In this document: positions 40,311-52,917 of the stretch, piece by piece | How positions within the stretch are numbered: the first letter of the stretch is position 1 | Layout of the letters: each line of letters opens with the position of its first letter | DNA from: Eledone cirrhosa | Taxonomy: Eukaryota | Reading direction: 5' to 3' | NCBI GenBank assembly: GCA_964016885.1 | Contig: OZ024747.1 | Span: 44,826,001 to 44,890,000, forward strand | Length of the DNA stretch: 64,000 nt | Position numbers and translations under genes: made by a program | Notes under the pieces: generated by a model | What the model saw: the letters and a program-made list of their open reading frames with translations, nothing else | Told to the model about the DNA's origin: nothing | Databases searched by the model: none

Positions 40311-40645
40311 CATCATCATCATCTTACGTCTGCTTTTCCCTGCTTGCAAGGGTGGGATGGGAACTTATTCTGGCTTGATTTCTACAAATGGATGCCCTTC
40401 CTAACACCAACCTCATTTACAGTGAGTGCTGGGTGCTTTTTTGCCTGGCACCTCCACGACCACTTTGCAGTGGAATGATAGGGACCCCAGTCCCTATCAT
40501 CTCATTTCTACAGCTGAGTAAATTGGAGCAATGTGAAATAAAGTGTCTTGCTCAAGGAAACAACACATCACCTGGTCTGAGAATTGAACTTACAACCCAA
40601 TTGAACTCGCAAGGCCAATGCTCTAACCACTAAGCCATGTGCCTC
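40311..40645 (-). mobile_element. SINE family B
   Basis: Reverse complement of the 36899 head and body, with a (GAT)n tail. Confidence 0.85.
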
Positions 40646-40984
40646 CACACACACATATATATATAAAAGGAACAGCAAAACAGAGATATCAAAAGTCTTA
40701 TTAGTTTCACACTTTATAGACCTTGTGCCTAAATAAGAAACCATTATAAGTCAAGAAGGAAGACAGGATGGTGATGGCTCAAGGACTCATCAAATGATGT
40801 GTACTTCACCCAGAAATATTGTTCATGTAGGTGCACACATTCAGAGAATGATAGCAGTTGTAAATATGCACAAAGTCATCTAAAGTACACCACAATGACC
40901 CTTAATGTTGACTACTCATGTGGATCTGCCGCATATGGTCTACCTTCCCTATCAAACTACCTGTGATCCTACTACTTTCATCAG

Positions 40985-41203
40985 TTGTTAGCTGTTGGGA
41001 CACTGCATCCTTCAAAATTTCCATGCTTCCCAAAATTTGCCAACAATACACCTGATATACCTCCTCCATACATACACATGCATGTATCTGTGTGTATATC
41101 ATGACTCATATACAGTTCACTTTCCTGACATTGTACATTATTCTATATACTCTACATGCACCTGTGATGAGTTGTAGTGCACCTGAACATTGTACACAAT
41201 AAT
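40985..41203 (+). mobile_element. CR1-type 3' relic
   Basis: Matches the reverse complement of 7110-7300. Confidence 0.7.
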
Positions 41204-41543
41204 TCTGCAACCAAAAGGGCCTTAAGTAAACTAGGACTAAAGTTTTAGTAAGAAAGGAAGAGAAAAATACTCTGCTACTACCAGGGAAATGGCTGTGTTC
41301 AACATGCAGAGAAGAAATTGGTAAGAATTCTATACAGTGTACCAAGTATATATAATGGATGTACAAGAGATGTAATACTCTTGTACATCCGTTATACATT
41401 CTTGGTACACTGTATAGAATTCTTACTAATTTCTTCTCTGCATGTTTAACACAGCCATTTCCCTGGTAGTAGCAGAGTATTTTTCTCTTCCTTTCTTACT
41501 AAAACTTTAGTCCTAGTTTACTTAAGGCCCTTTTGGTTGCAGA
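41204..41543. repeat. Fold-back of an RTE LINE fragment (166-bp arms, 8-nt loop)
   Basis: Arms 41204-41369 / 41378-41543. The left arm encodes GKWLCSTCREEIGKNSIQCTK. Confidence 0.92.
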
Positions 41544-41572
41544 TTTTACTTCCATATATATTTATATATATT

Positions 41573-41730
41573 GAAGTTAGTTCCACGTCTGTTACCAAAC
41601 TATTTTCGAGGACTCACATTTCACCTTGCAGATTTTCAACTCGAGTAATAGCTCATAGCTGAATTCGTCCCATGGACTGAGTGCTCTACTTACTACGAAT
41701 ATAACTTCCCAGTGTTCTACCATAATACTT
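41573..41730. mobile_element. Penelope-like terminal relic, same family as 44360-44600
   Basis: Shares tttcacctt.gcagat.ttca.ctcgag and tggactgagtgctctac...ccagtgttc.acca. Bounded by (TA)n. Confidence 0.7.
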
Positions 41731-41808
41731 GTATATATATATATATATATATGTGTGTGGGGTGGTGGTGGTGTATGTATGAAAAGAGTAAAAGAGTATA
41801 TATATATA

Positions 41809-42145
41809 GGTATGAAAAATGAAGAATTAGAAATAGAAGTTAGGAATATCCATCATCAGTTGTCTACTAGGCATCATTTGATTTGATTTTTTCATGTTTT
41901 CCTCTCTTTACGTTGCCTCACCATTTGTGTCTGTTTACATGTCTCTCATTCTCCACCCAACTCTTTTTATCCCAATAACTTATTTTAGTTATTGTATCGC
42001 CCTAGCTGGAGGTATATGGTCTGTAATGTGAAGAAATACCTATGATGCCTAGTAGACAACTGATGATGGATATTCCGAACTTCTATTTCTAATTCTTCAT
42101 TTTTTATACTTAATTGCAACGACACAGCTCGCCATTTTTTATTCA
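41809..42145. mobile_element. (TA)n-bounded relic with 69-bp inverted repeat and hammerhead-like core
   Basis: Inverted repeat 41809-41877 / 42042-42110. CTGATGA-t-gga tat tcc-gaac at 42060. Confidence 0.72.
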
Positions 42146-42403
42146 TATATATAGGTATGCATATATGTGCATATATCTGTGTTTATCTCTGTGTCTTCTT
42201 TCCTTTGCATTTGATATTTGAGAATACAATATTACACATAATTCATCAGTTTAACATGCAAGGGTCAGTACTTTACTTACAAAACCAGTAGGGGTTGGTG
42301 TCAGGAAGGGCATCAAAAATGACTCATCCAACCCATACTAGCATGGATAAAACAGACTTATAAAACAATGACGATCCTCATCTTCATTTTTCTGGTATAT
42401 GCA

Positions 42404-42623
42404 TTAACTCTTTAGCTTTTAAACCAGCTGTTTCCAGCCAGAATTCTTTCATCTCTTTCTATTCAAACCGGCTGTAACTGGCCACTCATGCTGATGTTAA
42501 GGTATTGTTCTCAAAATAAATAATATCAAAGTCTCATAGATTCAATATTATTTGAGATAAAGCCTTTACTAATAAAATATAATAGTATATATATATAGAG
42601 TAATGTAAATGCTAAAGAGTTAA
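42404..42623. mobile_element. piggyBac-type MITE
   Basis: TTAA-ctctttagc ... gctaaagag-TTAA. Confidence 0.8.
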
Positions 42624-43736
42624 GGGAAATTGTTTTTGTTGTTGTTTAAACCACAGTCACTTCTGGTTGATTACATATATAATGAAAGCTGTGACCATCC
42701 AATCATTTAAGTTTTTTAGGTATTGCATATAGGATTAAAGCATCCAATGTGTTTTTTTTTTAAAAAGAATGAAGGGCATGATTTGATGGACATTTAGCTG
42801 CTACTTCTAGCAGTGCAAGTCACCCCATACAGGTCAGGTACTCTCCTTGGATTATGTTGAGTGAGTTAATATTTGGATTATATGTGTATGTGTGTGCTTG
42901 TGTGTCCTTGGAGCAGGAAGTACTCTGTGTGTGTGTGTGTGTGTATGTGTGTATGTGTGTAAGGGTGTGTGCATGTATGTCAATTACTGGAGGTGTTCCA
43001 GACCTAAATGTTTCATGATAAAATCAATTATCAGGCGAATCTCTGCACATATCCTTACCATTTATTATTATTATCAAGTGCACTTACGTGACCTGAGTGT
43101 TTGGCCAGTAAGGGTCAGATATCGGTCAGTTGTTTGGTGAGAAAAAGAAGAGAGACTGAGTGAGAAAGTGGGCGGGAGAGAAAAATTAAATCAGAGATCG
43201 TTTGTAAGAGGAAGAGGAAAATGCAATCTTTACCTTAGTAAAATTCTCCATGTAACTGACCAACACTCAAAAACCTATTTAACAAGAGAAGGCAGGAAAT
43301 AATTTTGTAAATATCAGAGACAGCTTCACAAGAATAAATACTAGCTCCAAAATGTGAAAGATATAATTCCTTCCGAAATAATTGACCGAAATCTGACCCC
43401 GTTTCTGAGAGAGTATTACAAGTCACATGTGTGGACTCCATAAAAACAAGCCATAACATTATGTTTAGCCAGTCAAATGGTGATTGCATCTTGCATGACA
43501 CATTTAGGCAGTTTTCTACGTGCTTATGTGTGGTCATCTGACACTTCTGAGAGGTTCTCTGTCTGTGTATACACTTGTGCTTGTAACTGTGTGTGCACAT
43601 ACAATAACAAACATGCATACATACACACACTTACATATACACACATATATATATATACACACAAACACATATACACATAAATATCATCATCATTATATAC
43701 ATACAAATACATGCACACATAAGATATACATATATA

Positions 43737-43815
43737 CAGGATGTCCCCCTAAAATATATACACACTTCAACAACATTCAAATCAATATGTGTATACATTT
43801 TTTGGGGACACCCTG
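43737..43815. mobile_element. Tc1/mariner-type MITE (short copy)
   Basis: TIRs resemble those at 7531-7631. Confidence 0.65.
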
Positions 43816-43819
43816 TGTA

Positions 43820-43858
<39 letters not shown>

Positions 43859-43869
43859 GTGTGTATGTA

Positions 43870-43919
<50 letters not shown>

Positions 43920-44175
43920 GTGTGTGTGTGTGTGCAGGGACAAAATGAATAAAATGAACAACTATCACATAAAAGTTGTAGTTGAATAAATTTGCATCAA
44001 CAGTTTGACTTATTTGGGCATTACTAGTGGTTTCGTAGATATTCTTGAGAATGCATCTGAAAACTAAGACACGTTTACTTCTATGAAACCACTGCTAATA
44101 CATTAATAAGCGTGCACACACACACTATATATATATATATAATTTAGAAGTTTACATACACATAAACTAGACAGA

Positions 44176-44223
<48 letters not shown>

Positions 44224-44457
44224 TTAGGCAACCATTCACGGTGTTGCTCAATGATGAATCAATTAATTAAATAATCAACAATCAGAGCAATATATAAGAA
44301 AGTAAGTCCATAGAATCATTAGATAAAATATATACAGTATTTCTTTCTTATATATATATAGTGGTGGAACACTGGAAGGTAATATCTGTAGTGGTAGAGC
44401 ACTCAGTCCAAGGGACAAGTTAGGTAGAAGTGGTTACACAACAGTTAGTTCACCATA

Positions 44458-44496
44458 CCGAGAACAATTGTTTCACCTTAGCAGATCTTCAGCTCG
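44458..44496 (-). ncRNA. Minimal hammerhead ribozyme
   Basis: cgag-CTGAAGA-tctgctaaggt-GAAA-CAATTG-TT-ctcgg, with palindromic stem III. Confidence 0.8.
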
Positions 44497-44527
44497 AGAT
44501 GTGCATGGTTATATAACCATACATATC

Positions 44528-44567
44528 CCGAGCTGAAGATCCGCTAAGGTGAAATGATTGTTCTCGG
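44528..44567 (+). ncRNA. Minimal hammerhead ribozyme
   Basis: ccgag-CTGAAGA-tccgctaaggt-GAAA-tgattg-TT-ctcgg. Confidence 0.75.
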
Positions 44568-44769
44568 TATGGTGAACTAACTGTTGTGTAACCACTTCTA
44601 TATATATATATATATATAAGAAAGTGCATAATTCATATCCTGTTTTGAATCCCAGATTTTCTGGGCTAGGGCAGTTCATTTACATAGCCCAGGATTCTTG
44701 AATGAATGGGTGTGCACATATTAAAAAAAAAAGGTTGGATATGGCAGCCACATATTTATATGTCTTCAA

Positions 44770-45335
44770 TTTGTAATTTCTTACACGTGGTTAGACCTCA
44801 ACTCCGGCCTATTCAAACCCTTCCACAAGAACAATGAATATCTGAATTATGTTAATCAGTAGTCAAACCACCCTAAATCTATTATCAACTGCATAGTTGG
44901 AAATGTTTCTTTTTGAATTTCCAGGTTGTCTGCCTCTGAATCCACCTCCAATGCGCATGGCTCTCCACAAGGCTAGCTACAATTAAAAAATTCAATTTAT
45001 TCCTGATAAATCAAACAGGCGACAAAATTATTACTCCACCAGGAATAACACATCAAGTGTGCACCAATATGAACATACAAAATATAAGAACCTAAGTAAG
45101 TGAAATAAAACCTGCACAACTGAAACTGCTGATAAATCCAAAATCATATCTTTGGATTTGAAAACACCAAAGCACTCAAGCTCCAAGTCCTACCTATGGT
45201 TTAATCCTCTACATAATAAATTAGTCACTACTAAAATATCTTCACTTTTCTTTAGACTATTAGATGAAAGCTTTCCTCCCACATACAGGTATCATAAAAT
45301 CTTGAATAGAAGAACAGTCCTGTTGTCCTACTTGG
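44770..45335 (+). pseudogene. Second Penelope-like coding relic (RT thumb and linker), different subgroup
   Basis: Manual translation NFL..LDLNSGLFKPFHKNN...YVNQ*SNHPKSII...ISRLS, then LWFNPLHNKLVTTKI..LFFRLLDESFP..YHKILNRRTVLLSY. These match the SNHP and WFNPP/KHFP/IFNRNT patterns of GIY-YIG-bearing PLEs. Confidence 0.72.
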
Positions 45336-46511
45336 TAATCAAACTGAAACAATATAGAGTAGAGACGACTCTCCAGTCTGCTTCAGCATATGATAACCTT
45401 AATAGTACCCTGTGTCACGAGAAAATGCACCCAGTACATTCTGTAATGTGTCAGTGCTAGTACCATAATTAAATACATCCAAAACACTCTGTAAATTGGT
45501 AGTGTTGGTATGACAAGAAAAACAACATAATGCACTCTTTAAGATGGTTGATATTAGGAAAGCCATCCAGCTAGAGAAACAATGTTAAATATGGAACATA
45601 AGAACAAGATGAGGTCACTCTGATCAATCTGGTCTTAGACTATGACAACCTGCCCAACCCATGCCAGCATGAAAAGCAGACATTAGATGATGATGATGAC
45701 GAAGAGGATATTTATTATTAGCATTTTTCATATTTAAATTTCTACTCTTTTTTTTTTCTTTTACAAAAGCAACAGCTTTTACTTATGTTTACAAAAATAA
45801 TTTTTCTGTTTATTCTAAAAGAATAATTTCAATGTTTTTTTAAATATTATATTTTATTCTTTTTCCTTTCTTTTTGTATTTTTTTATTTTTTTTATTTTT
45901 TTTATTTGTTTTCTTCACAAGAAAATAAACAAATATACATTTATGTAAACTTTCAAAATACACGGAAAAGAATTTCTTGTAAATAATTTAACTTTTGAAC
46001 TATTTCATTATTTATTTTTATTTTTTAGTTATATTTGTTATATTCCATTGTACCACCTTTTTGAACCATTGCCCACCATATTCCTCGACTTCAAGATCAA
46101 TTGCCTATTATAAAATCATGGCAAAATTTATAGTAAATATTCCACTAATGACTTAATTTCATACAAATCTTTTTGAACCAAAATCAAATCTCATAATTTA
46201 TCAAATTGACAATTTTTACTTCATAACAACATATTTTATGATTAAGTTAAAAGATTTTATTTTAGTTTATTTTCCATATTTTTCTTATTGTTTTCTTTTC
46301 AAAAGCTAAACTAAAACTATGCCGAATGGAAAATTAAATTTATGTATGCTGTTGTTATTCACTCAAAACAGCAACAGTTGGATTGTATTTTAATGTTTGC
46401 TTACTCTCCATTTTATAGACATGTTAATATTTACCAAAACATGAATATACATATGTAGGCATGTGTCTTGTGTATGAGTATATGTGAGTATGTGTGTTTA
46501 TGTATATATAT

Positions 46512-49500
46512 TTATATGATGGCTGCAAACTCCTGTTCGAGCATTGCCATCGCCTGATAAAATGCTAAAAAATGTGAGACATGAATGTGGCTCTTTAAAC
46601 CAGCCAAAGGCTTACATCCTCTGGCACATACATGGCAACTGAAGGCTCTTCTGGGTCTTTCCATTGCTTTGTTCTGGCTGTGTGTTCTCATATATCTTTT
46701 AAGACCTCCCATGCTTGCACATTCCTTGCCACATTCCTTACACCTTTTCAGATCATAATCTACATGAGGTCTACTGATATGACTTTGTTCATGTCTAATC
46801 AAACCAGCTTTAATCAGGCCGACTTGACCACAGTGCTGGCAAACAAGATGATATTCAACAGCAGGCAGTTCAGCGCAGTACCTTTTCCTCACCTTCCGTT
46901 TCAATGTTAGGTGTTCTCTCCGACAAGTTTCAAAGTGTTCACTACCTGACTTGATCAAACATCTCCACTTCACTCGCTCCTCAGCCAATTTCTCTCATTT
47001 GTCAGATGAAATTCCAGCTCAAGCCAAGGTACCCCTGACACAGTTCCGGTACCGCAATTTTGGTTTGTATGGTGGTCACCTTCCTTCGCACAGTTCACTG
47101 TAGAGAAGTTGCTTTGGAATACGATCATCAGACATACGGACCACGTGACCTCACCATCTCAACCAATGCCAAAAGATCATGCTCTCTATACACATGCACC
47201 TGCTCCATTCAAGAACTCCCAAATCACTGACGAACATTTTCTATTACACCCCAAGTATCTTACGAAGAGATAGTTGATGAAACCTCTCCAGTATGTGACC
47301 CACGTTTCACATGCATAAAGCAAAAATTAAAGGACACAAGTCAGATACACTTTTACCTTCGTTTCAAGGACCATAAATGTTCATTCAGTCATCCAAAAGC
47401 ATCACGGTCTTTCTTGATTCTTAAGGATATCTCATCATCAAGTGTGCATGAATTGTTCAATGTACTACCAAGGTAAACAAACTTGTCAGCAACTTTTAGC
47501 CTCTTTCTGTACACGTGCACACTTGGTGTAGTGTATTCTTTCCCAGGTGCTGGTTGGTACACCACAACAGTCTTTTCAAAGCTTATTGTGAGGCCCAAAG
47601 CATAGAAAGCTTCAGAAAAAGAGATCATAATATGCTGCATGTCAGTTTGTGAGTATGCAAAAAGATCACAGTCATCTGCATACACAAACTCTCGTATTAT
47701 AGATGTTAATACCTTTGTGCTTGCACCAAAGCGCCTGATATTGAACAACCATTCAACATCAAACAATTATGCAATCAAACTCCATGCAAACAATTTTTCT
47801 TGAATGCCATGAGAAACACTATTGTAAAATATAAGGAAACAGAGTTGGAGCCGGAATGTCCCCCTGCTTCACACCTTTTTTAACTGATATTGGTTCAGAG
47901 ATGCTACCACCAATACTGACCCAAGCCTTCATATCATAAAAATGATGCAGAATTTTCGCAAACTTTGGAGGGCAGCCAAGCTTTTCCAAAATGTTCCACA
48001 ATGCAGTTCGATTGGTGGTGTCAAAAGTCTTTGTCAAGTCAACAAAGACCTGGAAAAGGTGCATACATTGTTCAATACTCTTTTCTTGCAGCTGCCAAGC
48101 AGAAAAGATCATATCCATTGTTCCTCTTTCATTTCTGAACCCACACTGCAACTCAGGTAACACATTCAGAGCAATCTTTCAGATCAATCTATTCATCAAA
48201 ATTCCACACATGACTTTACCAACTACTGAAAGAAGTGATATGCCACAATAATTGCCACATTTGTCCTTCCCACCCTTTCCTTTATGGAGAATCACCATGA
48301 GTGCATCCTTCCAATCTTGTGGGACACTCATCTTCCCACACCTTTTTCGTGAGGTCAGTCAGGCGCTGCATGAAGTTTTCACCACCGCACTTCAAAACCT
48401 CTGCACTTAGACCACCCATACCAGGAGACTTACCACAGTTCAGCATATGTACAGCAGAAATCACCTCTGCAAGAGAAGGTACATCAGCCATCTCATACTT
48501 CACTGGTTCAATAGGAATGGAGCAAATGAAATCATCATCAATCTGGGATGGCTGCTTCAAGAGCTCTTCAAAGTGATCTCTCCATCTGTTGAGTATGTCT
48601 CTTGGATCACACAGTAACTGCTTGCCATCTTTCGATCTCAAAGGTGCCACTGGTGAGCTGAAAGGGCCATCCACTTCTCTGAGTAGAGTGTGCAGCAGTT
48701 TCACATTGTTGCTATTAGATGCTGCTTGAACTTCATCTGCTTTGTTGCTCCATCAGGTATTTTGCATGGCCCTGAATTTCACCTGCACCTGTCTGTAATG
48801 CTCATAATTGTCAACAACACAACAGTGCTACCACCTTTAAGAACTGCATCGAGTGCCTTTGTTTTCTGTCCAGCAGAGCCTTGATCTCCTGGTCATTCTC
48901 ATCAAACCAGTCCTTGTGTTTTCTTGTGACAAAGCCAAGGATCTCTGCTGAAGCCTCATAGTCCGAGCTCCTGAAGTCATTCCAGTTTTTCTCGCACAAT
49001 CAATGTTTTCAAGCCTGCGACACAGCTCTTCCTTGACACCCCTCATCTTTCATACAATCTATATTCAAGCGTTTTGGAATCTTGACACCATTTGTTCTTG
49101 TTTGAGGTTTGATGATGAAGTCTGCCTTGGCGCGCACTAGACAATGCTCTGGTTCCCTGCAGAACACACACATGCTTGATATCCTGCATGTCATGTTTAT
49201 TCACAGGAACATAGTCGATCAGATGCCACACCTTCGACCCAGGGTACATCCATATTGTCTTGAACTTATCCTTTTGCTGGAACATTGTGCTTGCAATGAA
49301 CAAATCTAGCTCCACACACATCTGTAGCAAGAGGAGATCATTGCTGTTACATTTCCCTCTGCCACGTCTAACAATCACATCCCAAGTCTCATAATCCCTG
49401 CCAACACATGCGTTGAAATCAAGTACGACAATTTTGTCTGCTGAAGGAATCTTTTTGACAAGTTCCTTCAGAGACATGTAAAAGGTGAGTTTCTCATTTT

Positions 49501-49725
49501 CATTGGAATTCATCATTGGGGCATATACACTGATAATGGTAAGGTAACGATTGTACATCAGAGGAATTCTTATTGACATGAGACAATCACTGATGACACT
49601 TGGAAACTAGTTAAGTGTCAACACCAAAGACGTTTTCACTGTAAAAGACATACCTGCCTCCCTTTTGCATCCTGCTGCTCTGCCACTCCAGTAAAATGTG
49701 TGGCCACTGGACATCTCAGTGATAT
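46512..49725 (-). mobile_element. Decayed near-complete RTE/BovB-like LINE ORF with C-terminal C2H2 fingers
   Basis: Ordered fragments: SVYAP, DFNA, IDY (APE); KSPGMGG, QCGFR, VDLTKTFD, GVKQG, YADD, FVYLGS (RT); then three CxxC...H motifs in 46512-46988. Confidence 0.88.
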
Positions 49726-49829
49726 GTCACTTTCCCTGCTAGCAGGGAAAATGGACATCAAATGATGATATAATATATGTGTATATATATATATATATGC
49801 ACCTCTCAAAGGTCATGGCACAAGACTGA

Positions 49830-50181
49830 GACCTCTGGCGTTACAATGTAATACCGAAAACTCGACTTCCCACGGGTACAAGCTGAAGCTGAACGATATA
49901 GACAGTATGCCTCCGCCCCCTCCCACTATAAAGTCAAGGTGCCATGGCAGAAAAGCACCCAGTCCACACTGTAAATGGTCGTGTAGGCACCGCAGTAAAA
50001 AGCACCCAGCACTCATTGTAAATGAGGTTGGTGTTAGGAAGGGCATCCAGCTGTAGAAATCAAGCCAAAATCAGTTCCCGTATGAGCAAGACATGGTCAC
50101 CTGACCTGGCATTTCCCACAACAGGACAACCTGTCTAACCCATGCTAGCATGAAAGAGTGGACGTAAAACAGTGATGATGA
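49830..50181 (+). mobile_element. SINE family B-related body and tail
   Basis: Matches 22548-22899. Confidence 0.8.
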
Positions 50182-50397
50182 TATAAAAGGTAAATTATAT
50201 AAGTTGATGATACAACATTATAAGGCATTCAGATATTTAAAGCTCAGATCTAGGTTTTTTTGATATCCAGATTACCGAAAGATAGTGCAGAGGTAAATCC
50301 AGTTAGTATAATTCCTGTCATCATAGATTTGTAAACCACAGAACATATATTAACACAAATAATAGATCACCAAGATTTAACAATTAATACATTATTC

Positions 50398-50472
50398 ATT
50401 TGGTTTACATATGTTTCATTCTCCAAAGAATGTTATTTTCAATACCTTTGTAGTGAAACATCAGAATCAAAT
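50398..50472 (-). ncRNA. Degenerate hammerhead ribozyme
   Basis: atttgatt-CTGATGt-...-GAAA-CATATG-TA-aaccaaat. Stem I pairs at 7 of 8, stem III is palindromic, and the core has one mismatch. Confidence 0.62.
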
Positions 50473-50781
50473 ATATATAACACATAAAAGGTTTTATTTA
50501 CCGACCATGTGTGTGTACCATCTTGATTGAACCATTGAAAATGTAAACAAAGTTTTTCCTTAAGGTTATAGAAAGTACGATGTTCAGGAATTATTTAAAT
50601 CTTAGAAGTTGTCCTCTGTAGTTAGTTTTGATATGTACAAGATAATTTTAGCCAAATACAGGCTTCCATAGAGTTTTATATTATTAACATTTATTATTCA
50701 GTTTACTGAAGTTAAATTTGATTATAACTTAAGTGAATAAATAATACTGTATATGTATTAACTACAATCATATAATATATA

Positions 50782-50967
50782 TAATTGTTTCTACTTTAGG
50801 CACAAGGCCAGCAATTACCCAGTGCATTACTGGTACTTTATTTTATCGACCCCGTAAGGATGAAAGGCAAAGTCAACCTCGGCGGGATTTGAACTCAGAT
50901 CGTAAAGGGACGTAACTATGCTGGAAAGCATGGCGTCCGACCCTCTACCGATACTGCCAATCCACCA
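50782..50967 (-). mobile_element. SINE family A
   Basis: Full head, core and tail. Confidence 0.88.
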
Positions 50968-51600
50968 TATATAATATATTAATATCAGAACACGAGTGCT
51001 AAAAACATCTGTCAAACTAACTACTGAGAACAATTACTGAGAAGGAAATAATTCCTGCACATCTAAACTTGGCATTGCAGTCGGGTCTATACCTTTCTCT
51101 ATACCCACTCTTCATCTTCCTATGCATTGAGTACACATGTGATTTGTAGTTTTCTCTGACTCAGCACTGCTGGCTCTCTGTCTCTTTATATATACATACA
51201 TATATGTGAGGATAGATAAGGTTTTGTTTATGTATATCTCGCATATGTAGACTATTATAAAAAGTACAGAAACATATGTTAAAGTTAATAAATTCTTCTA
51301 CTATCTCCTCTCACCAAAATCTATATTTTTCTTGGTGCTACAATTGCTTATATTATATATACATATAACAGGACAACTTGTCTAACCCATACTAGCATGG
51401 AAGAATGGATGTAAAATGGTGATGAGGATGATGCAAACACACACACACACAAATATATATATATATATACATATGACCAAAGGCAGTTTCAGTGCTCTGG
51501 AATTTAGTCCTCGCTAGCTATATTCCATCCACTGAATTATTATTATTTTTATATGGGTTCCTAGTGTCCGCGCATCGCCTGGGAACTTAGCTGAGAATAG

Positions 51601-51682
51601 ACTCCCTGATGACGTATGGAATTCTCTATAGTTATATTATGTAACTATATTTATCCCCATACAGAAACTAATTAGTTGGAGT
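51601..51682 (+). ncRNA. Minimal hammerhead ribozyme with extended stem II
   Basis: actcc-CTGATGA-c-gtatgg...tatagttata tta tgtaactata...ccatac-a-GAAA-CTAATTAG-TT-ggagt. Confidence 0.8.
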
Positions 51683-52117
51683 GAAAATTTTAGTAAGTAA
51701 GTTGATTTTTAATTTTTAAAATTTTCTTATTTTACGTCTTTCATATAATTGTTCTGCATCCCCCTGCATAGAACCACAAAGGTACTAAGACATAACATAT
51801 ATATTTGCTGGCATAGGTGAACATCTGTACACATATGTTGATAAATGTACTAATTCTCTCTCTATATATACATATATATATATGTATATACTGTATAAAA
51901 AGGCAAAAACAGCACGAGAGAAAACAAAACAGCAAAATATGTTTAAAAGTGGTAATAAAAGAATCTTACCATTTTGGAGGTCAGTCCATCATCAGATAGG
52001 AAAACTCAGAAAGAAGGGAGATTGGGTGTGGGGGAGAAGAAAGAGGAGAATAATGAAAAAAAGGCAGAAACAAAAATCGTATGTGGTCAAATGTTAGCCA
52101 TATATATATATATATAT

Positions 52118-52267
52118 TTCGTTTCTGAATTTGTTTAGCAAGATTCTTTATCTGAAATCGTGTGTTGAAACCGATATTGTTATACTTTGGGAGGGTCATG
52201 TTGCCAATAAGAAACTGGTGCGTGTGTTTCTTATTGGCAACATGACCCTCCCAAAGTATAACAATAT
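52118..52267. mobile_element. Fold-back of the extreme tail of the 22905-24545 pLTR family
   Basis: Perfect 42-bp arms 52174-52215 / 52226-52267. The one-sided extension matches the reverse complement of about 24503-24545. (TA)n lies on both sides. Confidence 0.85.
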
Positions 52268-52311
52268 ATATATATATATATATAAATGTAATTTGAGTTT
52301 TTCGAATATTA

Positions 52312-52496
52312 ATAATTGTTTCTACTTTTGGCACAAGGCCAGCAATTACCCAGTTCATTACTGGTACTTTATTTTATCGACCCCGTAAGGATGAAAGGCA
52401 AAGTTAACCTCGGCGGGATTTGAACTCAGATCATAAAGGGAGGTAACTCTATGCTTCAAAGCATGGCGTCTGACCCTCTACCGATACTGCCAATCC
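52312..52496 (-). mobile_element. SINE family A
   Basis: Full head, core and tail. Confidence 0.88.
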
Positions 52497-52727
52497 ATTG
52501 CCTTTTTCAAATATTTTTTGAATATTAATAATAACATTCGATTCATTTGCAATAGAGTAAGAATGAAGTGATCATTCTACTAACATGGCTATAAAATTGA
52601 GGCTTGTTTGCATAATTGTAAACGATTCGAATGTTATTAATATAAAAAAAACTCAGATTACATTTATTGTATTTAGCCATGTAGAGCAAAATTTTCTTTT
52701 TTACATATATATATATATATATAAATA

Positions 52728-52917
52728 TAGAAAAAAGTATGACCCCGACGGCAGAGCTATTTCTGGACTGAAAAATAGGTGTCCAGAAATAGCCGTCGAA
52801 GCGGCTTGAGCTCTGCGTCGGGGTCATACTTTTTCCTATTTCCCACTCTACTACCCTAAGTATTGAGTACTCTGGTGCGTTATGGTCCATCTGGTTCCTT
52901 ACCACAATTCCTTTGTT
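52728..52917 (+). mobile_element. (TA)n-bounded hairpin element, same family as 57458-57678
   Basis: Hairpin 52728-52838 followed by tail cccactctactaccc.aagtattgagtactctggtgcgttatggtccatctggt. Confidence 0.82.

Larger units (their letters stand above)
44360..44600. mobile_element. (TA)n-bounded fold-back Penelope-like terminus with one hammerhead per arm
   Basis: Palindrome 44425-44600 centred on atggttatataaccat, plus a one-sided tail of about 65 bp. Confidence 0.88.
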
